Source of the DNA: Gnetum montanum
Taxonomy: Eukaryota > Plantae > Gnetophyta
Direction: 5' to 3'
DNA length: 64,000 nucleotides
NCBI GenBank assembly: GCA_015680685.1
Contig: MNCI01000577.1
Span: forward strand, 21,686-85,685
Made by a program: the position numbers and the translations under genes. Below are positions 52,270 to 64,000 of the stretch, in pieces (position 1 is the stretch's first letter; every line of letters starts with the position of its first letter). Below the pieces are notes generated by a model that saw only the letters and a program-made list of their open reading frames with translations, had not been told where the DNA came from and made no database searches.

Positions 52270-55200
52270 GTTTATGCCTAAGTTCACCTTCATCCTAAAC
52301 TAGGATAAATAGCTACAATAGAGAGACATGGAGGATAATGTTGTGTTGCCACTTGATAGATCTGTTCCTACGATGCTACTCCAAACTCTTAAGAGATTGG
52401 GCATCTAAGATCTTCAAGAAGAATACATTGTGTAGGCCCATGACTATTGGGACTACCATCCCATGAAAACACAATGCAAAATAGATTGGCACTAGGAGAA
52501 GCACCATGAAGCTATGAAGGGGAAATGATTCACTAATCCCTTGTTCCTAATGAACCGAAAAGATAATAAGGATCCTCTCTTTGGAGGTTCTCGACATGAA
52601 GATTCTCCACCCCTTGACTAGGATGAAGGGGGCTTAAACCCAAACTTATAGTCCACTATCAACAATCCTGGTTCAAGAAAAAGTGGGAGTCAAGGTAGGG
52701 GCTCAGGCAAGCATCATGATGATCATAAATATGATGATTTTGGTTGTGACAAGTGGAGAGAAGGTGGAAGATAATATGTTGGTGGTAATCCTTTTTCCTC
52801 TTTGTTCTCTTCATGATCATCTCCTTCTTCCTCTTTTGAATCTATCTGACACCACAAAGGATGAAACCATGATGAAGGTGGATGATGAGACAACAATGAT
52901 CATAGGCCCCTCCATGAACAAAAGGGTAGCAGAGGACATCATTGGCTTCATTAAAATGATGATGTTGATGAGCATTTTCTTACAACTTGAAGCATAATAA
53001 AAATTGTAGATGTACTTAGAATTTCAACTAGGCATTTAAAAGATAGTAGAATTAAGAGGGTGGATATGAATAAAATCACCCGATTTGAGGGGGATATAAA
53101 TTTAATCCACAAATCCATCTTCAAGCATTTCATAATGCCTATGCCTTATAGAACATAGAGTATGACTAGTAGAAACTTAAACTATTTCACAAGACACTCA
53201 CAAAAGAAGCTAAATGTTTGCACCATGATTTGGAGACAGAATCAATTTGTAGATGGAGTATGATGGTTGAGCTATTTAATGACAAATATCAAATGTACTC
53301 TTGAGTGTCAAAACTAAGAAATAAAATCCAAGGCTAACAACAAGAATCCCATTAACCCTTAGATGCAGCCATGGGCTAGTATTATTCTCTTTCACATAGA
53401 TGTCCTAGCCATGGTTATTCTCAGTGGGGATAGCTTTGCCATACCATAGATGGACTCCAATAAAAAACAAATAGAACTTTTGGGAGCTATGACTAAGGGA
53501 GAGTATCAAAACTTAGATCCTATCAGATCCAAAGGTTGATTAGGTAAGTTGCAAAAGAAGAAGGAGAATTGAGGAAGTAGAGAAATGCTAAAGAATATAA
53601 CTTAGACCCTTCCATTAAAAAGAGGAAGTTTTGATTTTGTAACTATGAGGGAGAGGCACCACTTGATGAAGTGATGCAACAAAAAACCTTATTGATTTAA
53701 AACTCTATTTTAAAAATTTTGGCCAAGGTTGGAAAATGTAGGAATATTTGGATGAAAAATTCCAAATAGATTTGAAAATTGTAGAAGAATCAAAAGAAAA
53801 AGGTAGTGATCATGATTGCAAAAGAAGAAAGGAAGTTGAACATGCCTATCAAAGGGATAAGGGCAAAGTTGTTGCAATAGAAGAGGTTGTGGAATTAGAA
53901 TTAGATGATGATGGTGGATGTGACATATGCCAATTTTAACATCCTAAGGGATGTTTCCCTATTATGTCACACTTATAAGAATCTAAGGTGTATGATTTGA
54001 ATCCTAGGTTGGCAAGAATGCAAGCACCTAGAAGATTGTCTTATCCTCAAGGAAATCCAAGGTAGTTCCACTGAAAACAATCTAATTATTCAAGTGGAGC
54101 TCTACCACAACCATATGAGTAGTATCATTAGTGGAAACATCCATAGTCATGGGGGATGCCACCACCAAGGTAGAAATACCCTTATAGGTAGCTATATTCA
54201 TATTGGTACTATGTTCAACAACCGATATCTCCATGTGAGTTTTCTAGTCATGCTTCTTTTCAACATCACTACTACCCTTCTCATCCTTTTGCACATCTCC
54301 CTTCACCCTCAATCTAATTACCACTTGCTCCATCCCTACTGGGTGAAATTCCCACACAACCATAACAATGTAACACTACCAAGGCTATTAACTTACAATT
54401 GGCTCCATAGCAAAGTGGTTCAAAAATCAGATATAGTAAAAGATCATTCTTCCAAGCCAATAGCCCAATAAAGCCCTCACTAACTCATGTGACTGGTCAC
54501 CTTGTGTCTCCTACAACATTTGCGTCTATTCCTTTCGAGAACTCTTCAAAAAAAATACCTCATAAGATCTACATAATCATGTTAACCCATGCTATATCTA
54601 ATTAGATCAAAGCTAGGAATATTCCTAAATAAAGAGCTAATCCTTGAAGTCTCCTCATCTACTTGTAGATTAGTAGAAATAAACCATGCAAGGCTCCTCT
54701 TAATTTAGGTCAAAATACATGCAATGGCCAATAGCCTTTACTTGGTCATATCCTAAATTCACTAGGATTGATCATAAGATATGCTAGCATCACATATATA
54801 TATTTATCCTTTCATCAAGCCAAAGAGGTAGCTACAGTGGTGGCTGAATCCTAAATTGAAGCAGATTGTTAAGAAGGAAATTGAGCAACTCCTCAAGGCA
54901 AGGTTCACTTATCTAAGTACAAATACCAAGTGGGTTAGTCCACTTGTAATTCTACCAAAGAAAGATGGCAAATGGAGTGTGTGTATTGATTTTAGGCTAT
55001 TGAACATGATGATCTTCAAAGATCATTTCCTGTTGTTATTTATGAACTGCACATACTCCAAAACACTTACAAGGATCCTTATGAAGGCCACTTTGCAAGG
55101 AGATGCATGCCAATTAAGATCCTAATGGCAAGGTATTATTGGCCAACAATCTTCAGGAATATCCACCAATTCATCTACTCTTGTGAACATTGTGAATGAG

Positions 55201-56125
55201 GTGCTAGGATAATTGCACAAATAGAGGAACCTCAATAGTGCATCCAACCACTGAAACCCTTCAAAATCTAGGGTGTAAACTACATGGGTTCCATCATGTC
55301 CATGTGAAATGGAAAGGCATACATAATAGTCATTCTTGACTCTTATATCAAATGGGTAGAAGTAGTAGCCATCTATAACTATACATCATATACTACTACT
55401 TGATTTATACAAAAAAAATGTTGTAAGTAGGTTTGAAGTGCCATGTGCATTGATTTCTGACAATGGAACTCATTTTATAGGTGGTACTTTTCATAAGCTC
55501 ATGCAACACTTGGTAGTTGAACATAAAATAACAACACCCTACTACCCCCAAGAAAATGGTCAAGCAAAGGTTACAAATAGGGAAATCACTAAGATCTTAA
55601 TGACAATAATTAGCAAATATAGGAGATATTCGAGCATAAAACTTAATGATGCCCTTTGGGCCTACCACTTTACCTAAAAATTCCTTGTATTCTACTCTTC
55701 CTATGAGTTGGTGTAGAAAAAATTACCAACATTTCCTATCCAATCTAATCTTCATATACTTTCAACAACCTATGACCTAGATCTTCTCCTTAGCCTAGCA
55801 TAGAAGAAAGATTGATCAACCTTAACATGATACAAGAGAATTGACTTGTAGCCCTATCATTGCATGAAGTGCACAAGACATTCAACAAAAAATGCCATGA
55901 CCTTAAAATAAGAAAAGTCAAATTCCAACCTAGAGATAAGGTTTTTTACTAGAATCCAAGATATGTTCCACAAAGAACTAAGTATCAAACATTGTGGGAA
56001 GGACCTTACATCATATATGAAACCGTTTCTTTTGGGGCCATGTTAATATACAAACTTGAGAGCCCAAACTAAAAGCAATTGATCAACACACAATAATTCA
56101 AAACTTTCCATGAGCCCAAGCAAGT
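52270..56125 (+). pseudogene. B2 gag and deleted pol (partial RT fused to integrase)
   Basis: WVSPLVILPKKDGKWSVCIDFRLLN is followed directly by integrase (ISDNGTHF, NGQAKVTNREI, WEGPY); protease and RH are missing. Confidence 0.85.
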
Positions 56126-58296
56126 TGGTGGAAAAAACACCTCCTCAAATGGACAACCTTGGTAAATTCTTTAAATCTTGTCTTTTCAACATAATCATGG
56201 GTAAGATGACCATCTATGCTAATATTTTAAGTAGCTCCTCAGTTTTTCTACTTTTATATTTTTCACTTTCTTTATTTTTACACTTTTTGTTTTACACTTT
56301 AGTTTTATACCTTTTTTTTTTTACACTTTATTACTTTTCCAATTTTTGTTTTACAACATCGTTAGTATGTTTTGAATTTCTTAAATATTTTATAATTTCT
56401 TTGATATTTTACTTTATTTTTTGTATAAATTTTCTTCTTTTTTCTAATAAAAGTTCTTTATTGACAACAAAACACACTGATGTTATAGGTATTTGCTAAT
56501 GATGGTTTGTACTTAATGTTTTTGATTACTAATGTTTGGTTTCTATTTTTGAATTTTGATGATTGATGACTAAGAAAAAGTTTCTTTTTCATGGAATAGG
56601 TAGTGAGTCCACATCATCCACCTATCCACAAACTCTATGGTCTTCCTGGTTTTGGAAGTATATAGTTCCTTTTTCATTAATAAAAATTTAACAAACCAGT
56701 GACCTTAGTAGTTTTCAAAATTTGGAAAGATTCAAATAGTTTGAATAGGATGTGATTTCAAAGGAAATTAATAGCTTTTGTACCTTTCTACTTATTTAAG
56801 CGCATGATTGTTTTCATGGGTTTCTTATCATTTTGTGTTGATCAATAATACGTTGTTAATAAGTCTTTGCATGATGTGGTTCATATTCAAAAATCCATAA
56901 AAATATAAAATACAAATAAAAACATGATGGGAATTCAAAGCACACCCCTTAAACAAGATAACAGGCTACAAGCACTAGTTATGAGACTAGAAAGACATGT
57001 TACCCATGTCTGAAGGTCACATCTAACAAAGGCCCTCTCTCACTTCCAACTCCTCTTTTTTTCTAAATTAAGGAATAATGTTTGATATATTGGAGCATTC
57101 TTGTATCTCAAGGGGATGGTCTAGTCTTAGAGTAATGATGCGAAGTCACTAAAGGTGGTTGATTTTAATCTAGACCAAGGATGGACTTTATTAGGTCATT
57201 AAACTAGAAGATCCACACGGGACTTCATGTGACCATGATTATGAACTCCATTCCACTTTCTCTCTCATCCATCAATGCTTTTCATAACTCACCTCACTAA
57301 TAGTTTCCATGTCTTGTCCAATGTCTTAGTCTGATGTGTTAAAATTCTTGGGTAGATTCCTCCAAATTTGATCCTTAAATTTTCATAACCATTAATCAAC
57401 TATGGAATCCATAGAATCCTTAGTTAAGGTTATGTAAAGGTGAAAAGGGAATGTGCTTTCTATGGGAAGGACTCACCTAAATATCTCTTAGTTGGATCAG
57501 TTACTTCCCTTATCCTTAGGCATTTCTGTAGTCAAATCTTTCATGCATCCCATCGTGCATCCAACTGTGCACTCCTTAAGAAATTTTCTTTAGTAAATTT
57601 CATTCTCTTAATAATTTCTCTAATTTTCATGGATTATCAAGCGATATTTGAGATTTTATCATATTCATGGCTTTTCTAACTCCCTATGAACACCAATTTC
57701 ATAAGAAAACTCTTTGTATTTTCCATGATATTCAAAGTGAAAATTTTGGTCATAGGCTCAATAGATGGGTACCCATCAACGAAGGCCATGCATAAATAGG
57801 ATCCTATATACGATATCCCATCAATGTAGAGGCCTACCCACCTATATATATGTAGCCACACTTATTTATTTTCACAGTTTCTTCAAAATAAGGGGGATTT
57901 TTTCAAATTTTCAGAGTCTAGAACCTTCTAAGAGCCTTATCTTCCTAACCGTTTGTCTGATTCATTCCATTATTTAACCTTGTAGCTATTAGAGGTAAGC
58001 TCTTTGTCATGGGGGCCACAAACCTCAAGTTTTTGACAAAATTATTTTTGGGAAAATTTTTAACTCCCACAAAGGATTAACAAATAAATCAAGATTAAAA
58101 CATCAAATTATAAGACTTAAACCCTTCCAATAAGCTCTAGTAACATTTTAAGTTAAAAATCATTAAAATAATAATAAAATAATAAATTTGCCATGGTTCA
58201 AACATAGCCTAAGTATAACTGCCTAACAAGACAAGGTACTAAAATGATTATAAGTTAGACATTAAATGCTAATCCTTGGTTATGTTTTAACCACAG

Positions 58297-61121
58297 TTGA
58301 CACCAAAAGGAAAACATGTGCAGGAAGGAGAACTATCCCAACCAAGGGATAAATGGTCATGAACAAGAAGGGGCCAGGAATAGATCCATGAGCAAGCAAA
58401 GATCCATGTCATGGGACCTCTTTAGAAGGAGCCTAAAGTGGAGTCTATTTGATAAATTCTTGAAGAAGCATCTATAATAAAACAGTCTCATCGAGATAAG
58501 GCACCAGAGCCTAGATTGAACCTTAAAGTTATCTTGACTAAAGCCTACCTCAAGTAGATCATGAATAATAAGGTCTACAAATCAATGCTCCAAGAATTAA
58601 ACTTTAGATCTTTCATGGACTTTGCACCTCTAGAAGTTAAGACTCAATGAAAGAACTCTCTGATATGGCCCGCAATCACTTTCAATAGGGAGTGGTACAC
58701 AGGAGATACATACTTGTTCTAGAACAATCAGTATGCCAGTTTGATGGTCAAGATGAAATCCATTGCAAAGGCCCTTGGGTTAACAAAAACTATGACAAAC
58801 CTTGCTAAAATTCCCATGTAGGTAGATCCTAGTATCAAGAAGGAATGGAAAAAGCAGTGTTATGAAGTCAATCATAAGGATTTTGGCATACTCACCATGA
58901 TGGAAGAAGCATATTTCAAGATTATAGCCTTTCAGCTCAATGCAACGGTGAGGCCAAGCAAGAGCACAACCTTCTTCACTCATGAATGTGCCACTATATG
59001 TGGTATATTCTTGGTTAACTATCCATAGCTTATCTATCTTGAGATAGAGAGGCAATTTAAGGAAAATTAACATGGAAAACAAGCACTTCACTTTTCATGT
59101 CTTAGCTAGAAATTATGCAAGGGGGGAGGAATAACATGCTATACAAATGACATTATCTAATGTGTTCCATCCACTTCTTGGATGGACATGATGAGGGATA
59201 AAGTTCCTATAAAAATCATTTAAGAAGAGGAGAAACAACTACCATGTCCACCATCCACTAATAAAACAATGTCAGAGTCATGTGCTACTATTAAGCGCAT
59301 GTGCAAGATTTGAGAGTAGCTCTTGAAAGAGTAGGAGTAGTAAGTAGGAACAAGTGATGGTGATCCATTTGTATATCACCTAACAATGGCTCACCTCAAT
59401 AAAGTGTCTTGAACCATAAGCTAGATGAAAGAAGGTGGGCCAGATTTCTTAGCTCAAAGAATGAAGTTGCCTATAAGATCAATTCTTGATGCCTAAGAGG
59501 TAATAGTATCTCTCTCTTAATAGTAGAAATTCCTAGAAATTTCTAGGAATGGTGCTAGTTTTTGGTGCATCTAGAGGAAGGCAAGGGGAAAAATATCATG
59601 ATGATATGGACAAGAGATAGAAATGAAGGTGATTGTTGATAAATGTATCAAGGCATTAAATGTAGCTACAACATCTATACCAAACATTTCTACACTAAAA
59701 GATTTGAAAACATCTATAGGAATAATTAGTAATAGATTTAGTGTAGCCTACCAGAAGGAGTTATTGAACCAACTGGTGGGAACTAGGCAATTGATTTTGG
59801 ATGTTTTTGATCTTCCAGATAATATCATTATTATCCAGTTACAGCTACTTAAGGCAAAGGGTAGGTGTATCATATTGGAGAGGCAACTTGAAATGGCTAG
59901 AACTAGAAACCAATGCTTGATTGTAGAGGTTTCCAAACTTAGAGTCCCCCTCCTTGATCCCATAGTACTCGATCAAGCAACCATAAGAGATGAATATTTC
60001 CAACAGATTTAGCAAAAAATTAGAAAGGTTAAGCTTGCAAAGGAGTTAACAATCTCTTATTAGTCCTTAGTAGATGCAGTGACTAACAACATGCAAAAGG
60101 ACTTGAATCAAACTCATAAGAAGAACAAGCACCTGATTGTAGAAAACCATCACCTGTGCAATCTTGATGTGTAAAAAGGATAGTTGCAATATTTTATCCA
60201 TCAAGAACAAGAGCAGCTAGATAGAGTGAATAATGAACTAAGGTCATTGAAAGTTAAAATGGAAATATCTCTATGGAGAAAGTCCAAGCTCTTCACCAAA
60301 AATCTATGATAGAGATAGCCACCTAGAAGAATGAGGTTCTTAAATTTGAGAGAGTCAAAAATCACTACAAAGATTAGGTTAGTCTATAGGAAGAAATTAA
60401 TGAAATTGATATCTAGATGATGAAGGAAAAAGTCAATGAGACCCTCTAGTAGCTCAAGGAAGAAGGTTATGCTTGGCAATCTAGCTTTGATGGGCTTAAT
60501 GACTATAATAAAGAAAAGATCCACATGAAAGGGCTATAAATCAAGGAGATGATGGAGTACATGGAGCTTTCCAATCTCTATTATGCAAACTTGGTAATGC
60601 TAACTATTGGATAGTTTTGGTTAAAGTTAGAGAAATAAGTACCCCAACTCATACTTGTTGTACGAGGTAGAGTTCAAGACCCATAAGGAGACAAAGTAAA
60701 AGCTTAAGATTACCAATTTAAACTTGAGGTTCTCATAAAAAAATTCACCAATCAATGATCAACTACTGAGAACCTAGCCAAGAGGATGAATATCTACTAG
60801 GACCTACAAAATGTAGGCAAGGTGCTCGATGTTGAATGCAAACTTTTTGCTACCTAGTTTGTCAAAGTTAAGGAGTTGTTCTTGGCAATGCCTTATCCAT
60901 TGGATGTTTCTACTCTAGTGCATATTTGAGATGTTGTGAGGATCGTGAATGATATTAAGGGAAAGGAGAAGAATATGAAGGCACTGTTGGATGCATTTTG
61001 TCTTCTACCAAAAGTTGCAATTTCCATAGAAGAACCACAACCACCTTAACTATAGCATGTACTTGAAGCAATAGAAGGTCCTTTGGAGCCTCAGGAGCCT
61101 CCACTACGTAAGACCATTTGA
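58297..61121 (+). pseudogene. B2 3' accessory ORF (decayed), preceded by a 5'-UTR intron 57995-58296
   Basis: Colinear with the B1 ORF; includes surviving ORF 59623-60012; GAG|GTAAGC..CTAAT..CAG|. Confidence 0.7.
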
Positions 61122-61325
61122 TCTTCTCCAATGTCTTTGCACCATCTAAAGAATTGTACTTATCAATTTTGTTCTGGTATTTAATTATGTTATCTTGAAC
61201 ACCAAAGTTTTATAATCATTATAAAATAGTATACTTGGGAACTTAGGTTTGTGTGTCAATAATCCCATACCTTTACAAATTTTGTAAAGAACTCAAGGAT
61301 GAGTTTTCATTTAGTTATGGGGGTA

Positions 61326-62189
61326 TGATGAAGAGTCATAGTTGCAACATCAACAGGATCCCATCGATGTGATCTCGTAGATGTGGTGTTTGACCTATTG
61401 AAATGTACTTGTTGATGATGCCCCCTAATTTTTCCTATACATGTGTGCCTTCAGCCATATTTATGGCATCATATTGCATAGCTTTAGTGAAGCATTTGAA
61501 GTGTTTCTTCTTAAGAGTTAGAATATTTTTCTTAAGTGCCCATAATAGGAGTCAAAGAGTGTGTAGATCCTTATTTGAGCACTATTTTATCTAAGCACTA
61601 CAATGTGTGTGGCAATAAAGATGAGATTTCTAATAAACCTTGCAGCACTTTGAAATAGATTAATTATTTCCTTTATGCATTTAATATTTTATGAAATTTC
61701 CATTAATGTTTTAAGTAATTAAGTAATTAATTAATTAATTAAGCTAGATTCAATAACAATTAATTAAAACACGTAAGTATGACCACTTCAAGCATACATG
61801 TAACACTTGATAATCCCAATAGCACTTAACATTTGGTAACTTAGTAGTGTTATATGTGTTCAAGATGTGTATGGTAAGTAGGATCAAATGGTTATGATAG
61901 GATTAGTTAAGTGTTAGATAGTTATATTAAATTAGTAATTAAACATATTTATTCTTAGGTGACTTAGTATATAAAACCTAAAAATGATAAAAATCATATT
62001 ACTCAATTATACTTTACCATATCCTTATACTCAAAAGTGTAACTAGGAAGATAATGATTGTAACCGTTAGTTTTACCTCCTAGAGACTAGTGTACTTAGA
62101 AGACTAGAAGTCCATGGAACTCAATTGGATCATGCATGAACACTTAGTGATTCATATGGTTGGGCATAGTGTATACTCGTCACTCATCA
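61326..62189 (+). repeat. B2 3' LTR
   Basis: TGATGAA...CTCATCA after GGGGGTA purine tract. Confidence 0.87.
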
Positions 62190-64000
62190 CCTAATTTTGA
62201 CATTTTTTAAGTTCCCATCAATTGATGAAAAATTTGAGATTTCCTATCAATTGAAGAAAAATCCTCCATCATTTAAAATATATAGAGGAGGTAGGATCTT
62301 GTGGTGCTAATAATCATTGAAGATTGAAGGATCCTACAATAGCAATAGTGTCCATGATCACTAGAGAAGGTAAGATCTTATGTATTTGATAGTTACTAGA
62401 CGATGTAAGGTTCTACAATGTTAACCCTTTTGCCCACCATGGATTTCTAAAATTTCTAGCAATTTTCCTAGTAGGGATTTCAATGGAAGCAATGAAAAAT
62501 GTAGTGATGATAGGCACAAGAAGCAAAGGTAGGTAATAGTGGAGGAGCACAAAGGTGAATGGTAGTGATGAAAAATCCAAGGATAATGTAGAGTAAAGTA
62601 GGGAAGTGGATGTTAGTGGTGGTTACTAGAGTGATATAGTGATAAGTGGGTAGTGAGAGAAACCATGCTGATAGAAAGTGACAAATGACAATTTTGGTCT
62701 ATGCATGGAAGAATAAGGATTTAGCGGCCATAGCCAAAACAATAGTTGTGGCCTGGTCTTATATGGGATCACATGGTCCCTTGTGAGACATCACAGTCCT
62801 TCAATTATTTTAATAATTAATTTTTTATTTTATTATATATATGTATATTATATATATATATATTATTAATTGTAAGTATAATACTACACCTGTATTAATA
62901 ACAACTAGCCTTTGAGGTTTAGTGATTAACTAAGTAATGTATCATAGTTGGGATTGTTAACTTTGGGGTCATGAGTTCTATTCCAAGCCCTAATTGTGAA
63001 ATTAAGTTTTTGTTCAATTTTTTTTATTATTTTATTTAATTGTACCTCAGCCATTGACATGATGATTTTTTAAAATGATGGGTAAGAGTTTGGCCTAGCC
63101 AAGGAGAGGTTCTAGGTTTAATTTTTTATGTTAAAATTTTAAATCTTTTTAAACCTTATAATAACTATTTATTTATTTATTTTTAAAGCACACATAACCA
63201 AAAATTTGAATGGTGATATTTCCAAAATTATAAGTTCAATTCAGATGAAATTTGTATTGGTGGAATCATCTAGATGAGTGCTACATGCTGGGCATTTTTT
63301 CTAGGTTCATAAACCAAGTTGGATTTTTAGAATTTAAAAGGATAAAAATAGCTTATTTTGTTGAATTGACATTACCATGTTGACATATGGGCAACATGTT
63401 AACTTCTAGATGACTTGAATTTGATTATAAATGATATACTAGCTCTTAAATAAAAAATATAACATATGCATCTTATAATTTCACAAATATGATGTAAGCT
63501 TATCCTCTCATCAAATACCTAAGTAAGATACTAAGGAGTAAAGTAAGTTGATATTACTTGCCAAATATTAGTTTCCCTATAGATCTCATTGTATTAATTG
63601 TTATTGGTTAAGCAAGGATGAAAGAATCTTATTGGTACACTAACCTCCTTAAACTTACCAACTTCTAGGTCTTTGGTAAGGATGAGTAATGCCAAGATGT
63701 AGGGGTTAGGTATTTAGGAATAATAAGTTTCAAGCCAGACAAAGGCCAACTTAGCCTTTAGTTATTAGCCTCCTAAGAAGAAATTAACTATAGTAAATCT
63801 TACAATATAATTTTAATCCACACTACAAACACTTATTGACTATTTGTTAAGATTACAAGAGAAAACTACAAGAGTCTAGCTACACTACTGATTGAATGGT
63901 GCTAAGTACACGGTTGGTGCTTACATATTTATAGATTTTTGATGATAGAACATTCATGCTTATGCATCAAAACATCTAAGATGCATTGATAGGGATTCAT

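Larger units (their letters stand above)
51166..62189 (+). mobile_element. Athila-like element B2 with both LTRs and internal deletions
   Basis: Paired ~865-bp LTRs, decayed PBS, gag, partial RT, INT, 3' ORF; flanks CTTGA/CCTAA are compatible with a decayed 5-bp TSD. Confidence 0.88.

Noticed and set aside
56110-56499. Hydrophobic env-like membrane ORF after integrase
   Set aside because: The F/L richness comes from a T-rich tract, and the protein is not conserved in the visible equivalent region of B1

Overview
Plant-type, transposon-only region (two N gaps, no recognisable host gene) made of nested Ty3/Gypsy LTR retrotransposons. From 1 to ~28.9 kb are three copies of one Tat-clade family (A1 inserted in A2, inserted in A3) with a tRNA-Asn PBS and an extra archaeal-type RNase H. 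From ~30 to 62 kb are decayed Athila-like elements (B0/B1/B2) and a Copia remnant. The main observation is in the youngest copy, A1. Its gag-protease and RT-RH-aRH-INT regions are separated by ~5.2 kb, which holds an antisense 9-exon gene with its own TATA box (3269-7351; 8 phase-consistent GT-AG introns; 1139 codons; three in-frame stops). That gene encodes a catalytically degenerate FCP1/NIF-like (HAD) phosphatase domain, a plant-transposon accessory-type domain and a probable coiled coil. A diverged remnant of the gene, with a conserved intron, sits at the same place in A3. Pol has its own splice acceptor and ATG, and arrays of a short motif lie at the ends of the coding modules. All domain calls come from motif recognition by eye and need HMM confirmation. 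Coordinates in decayed copies are approximate.
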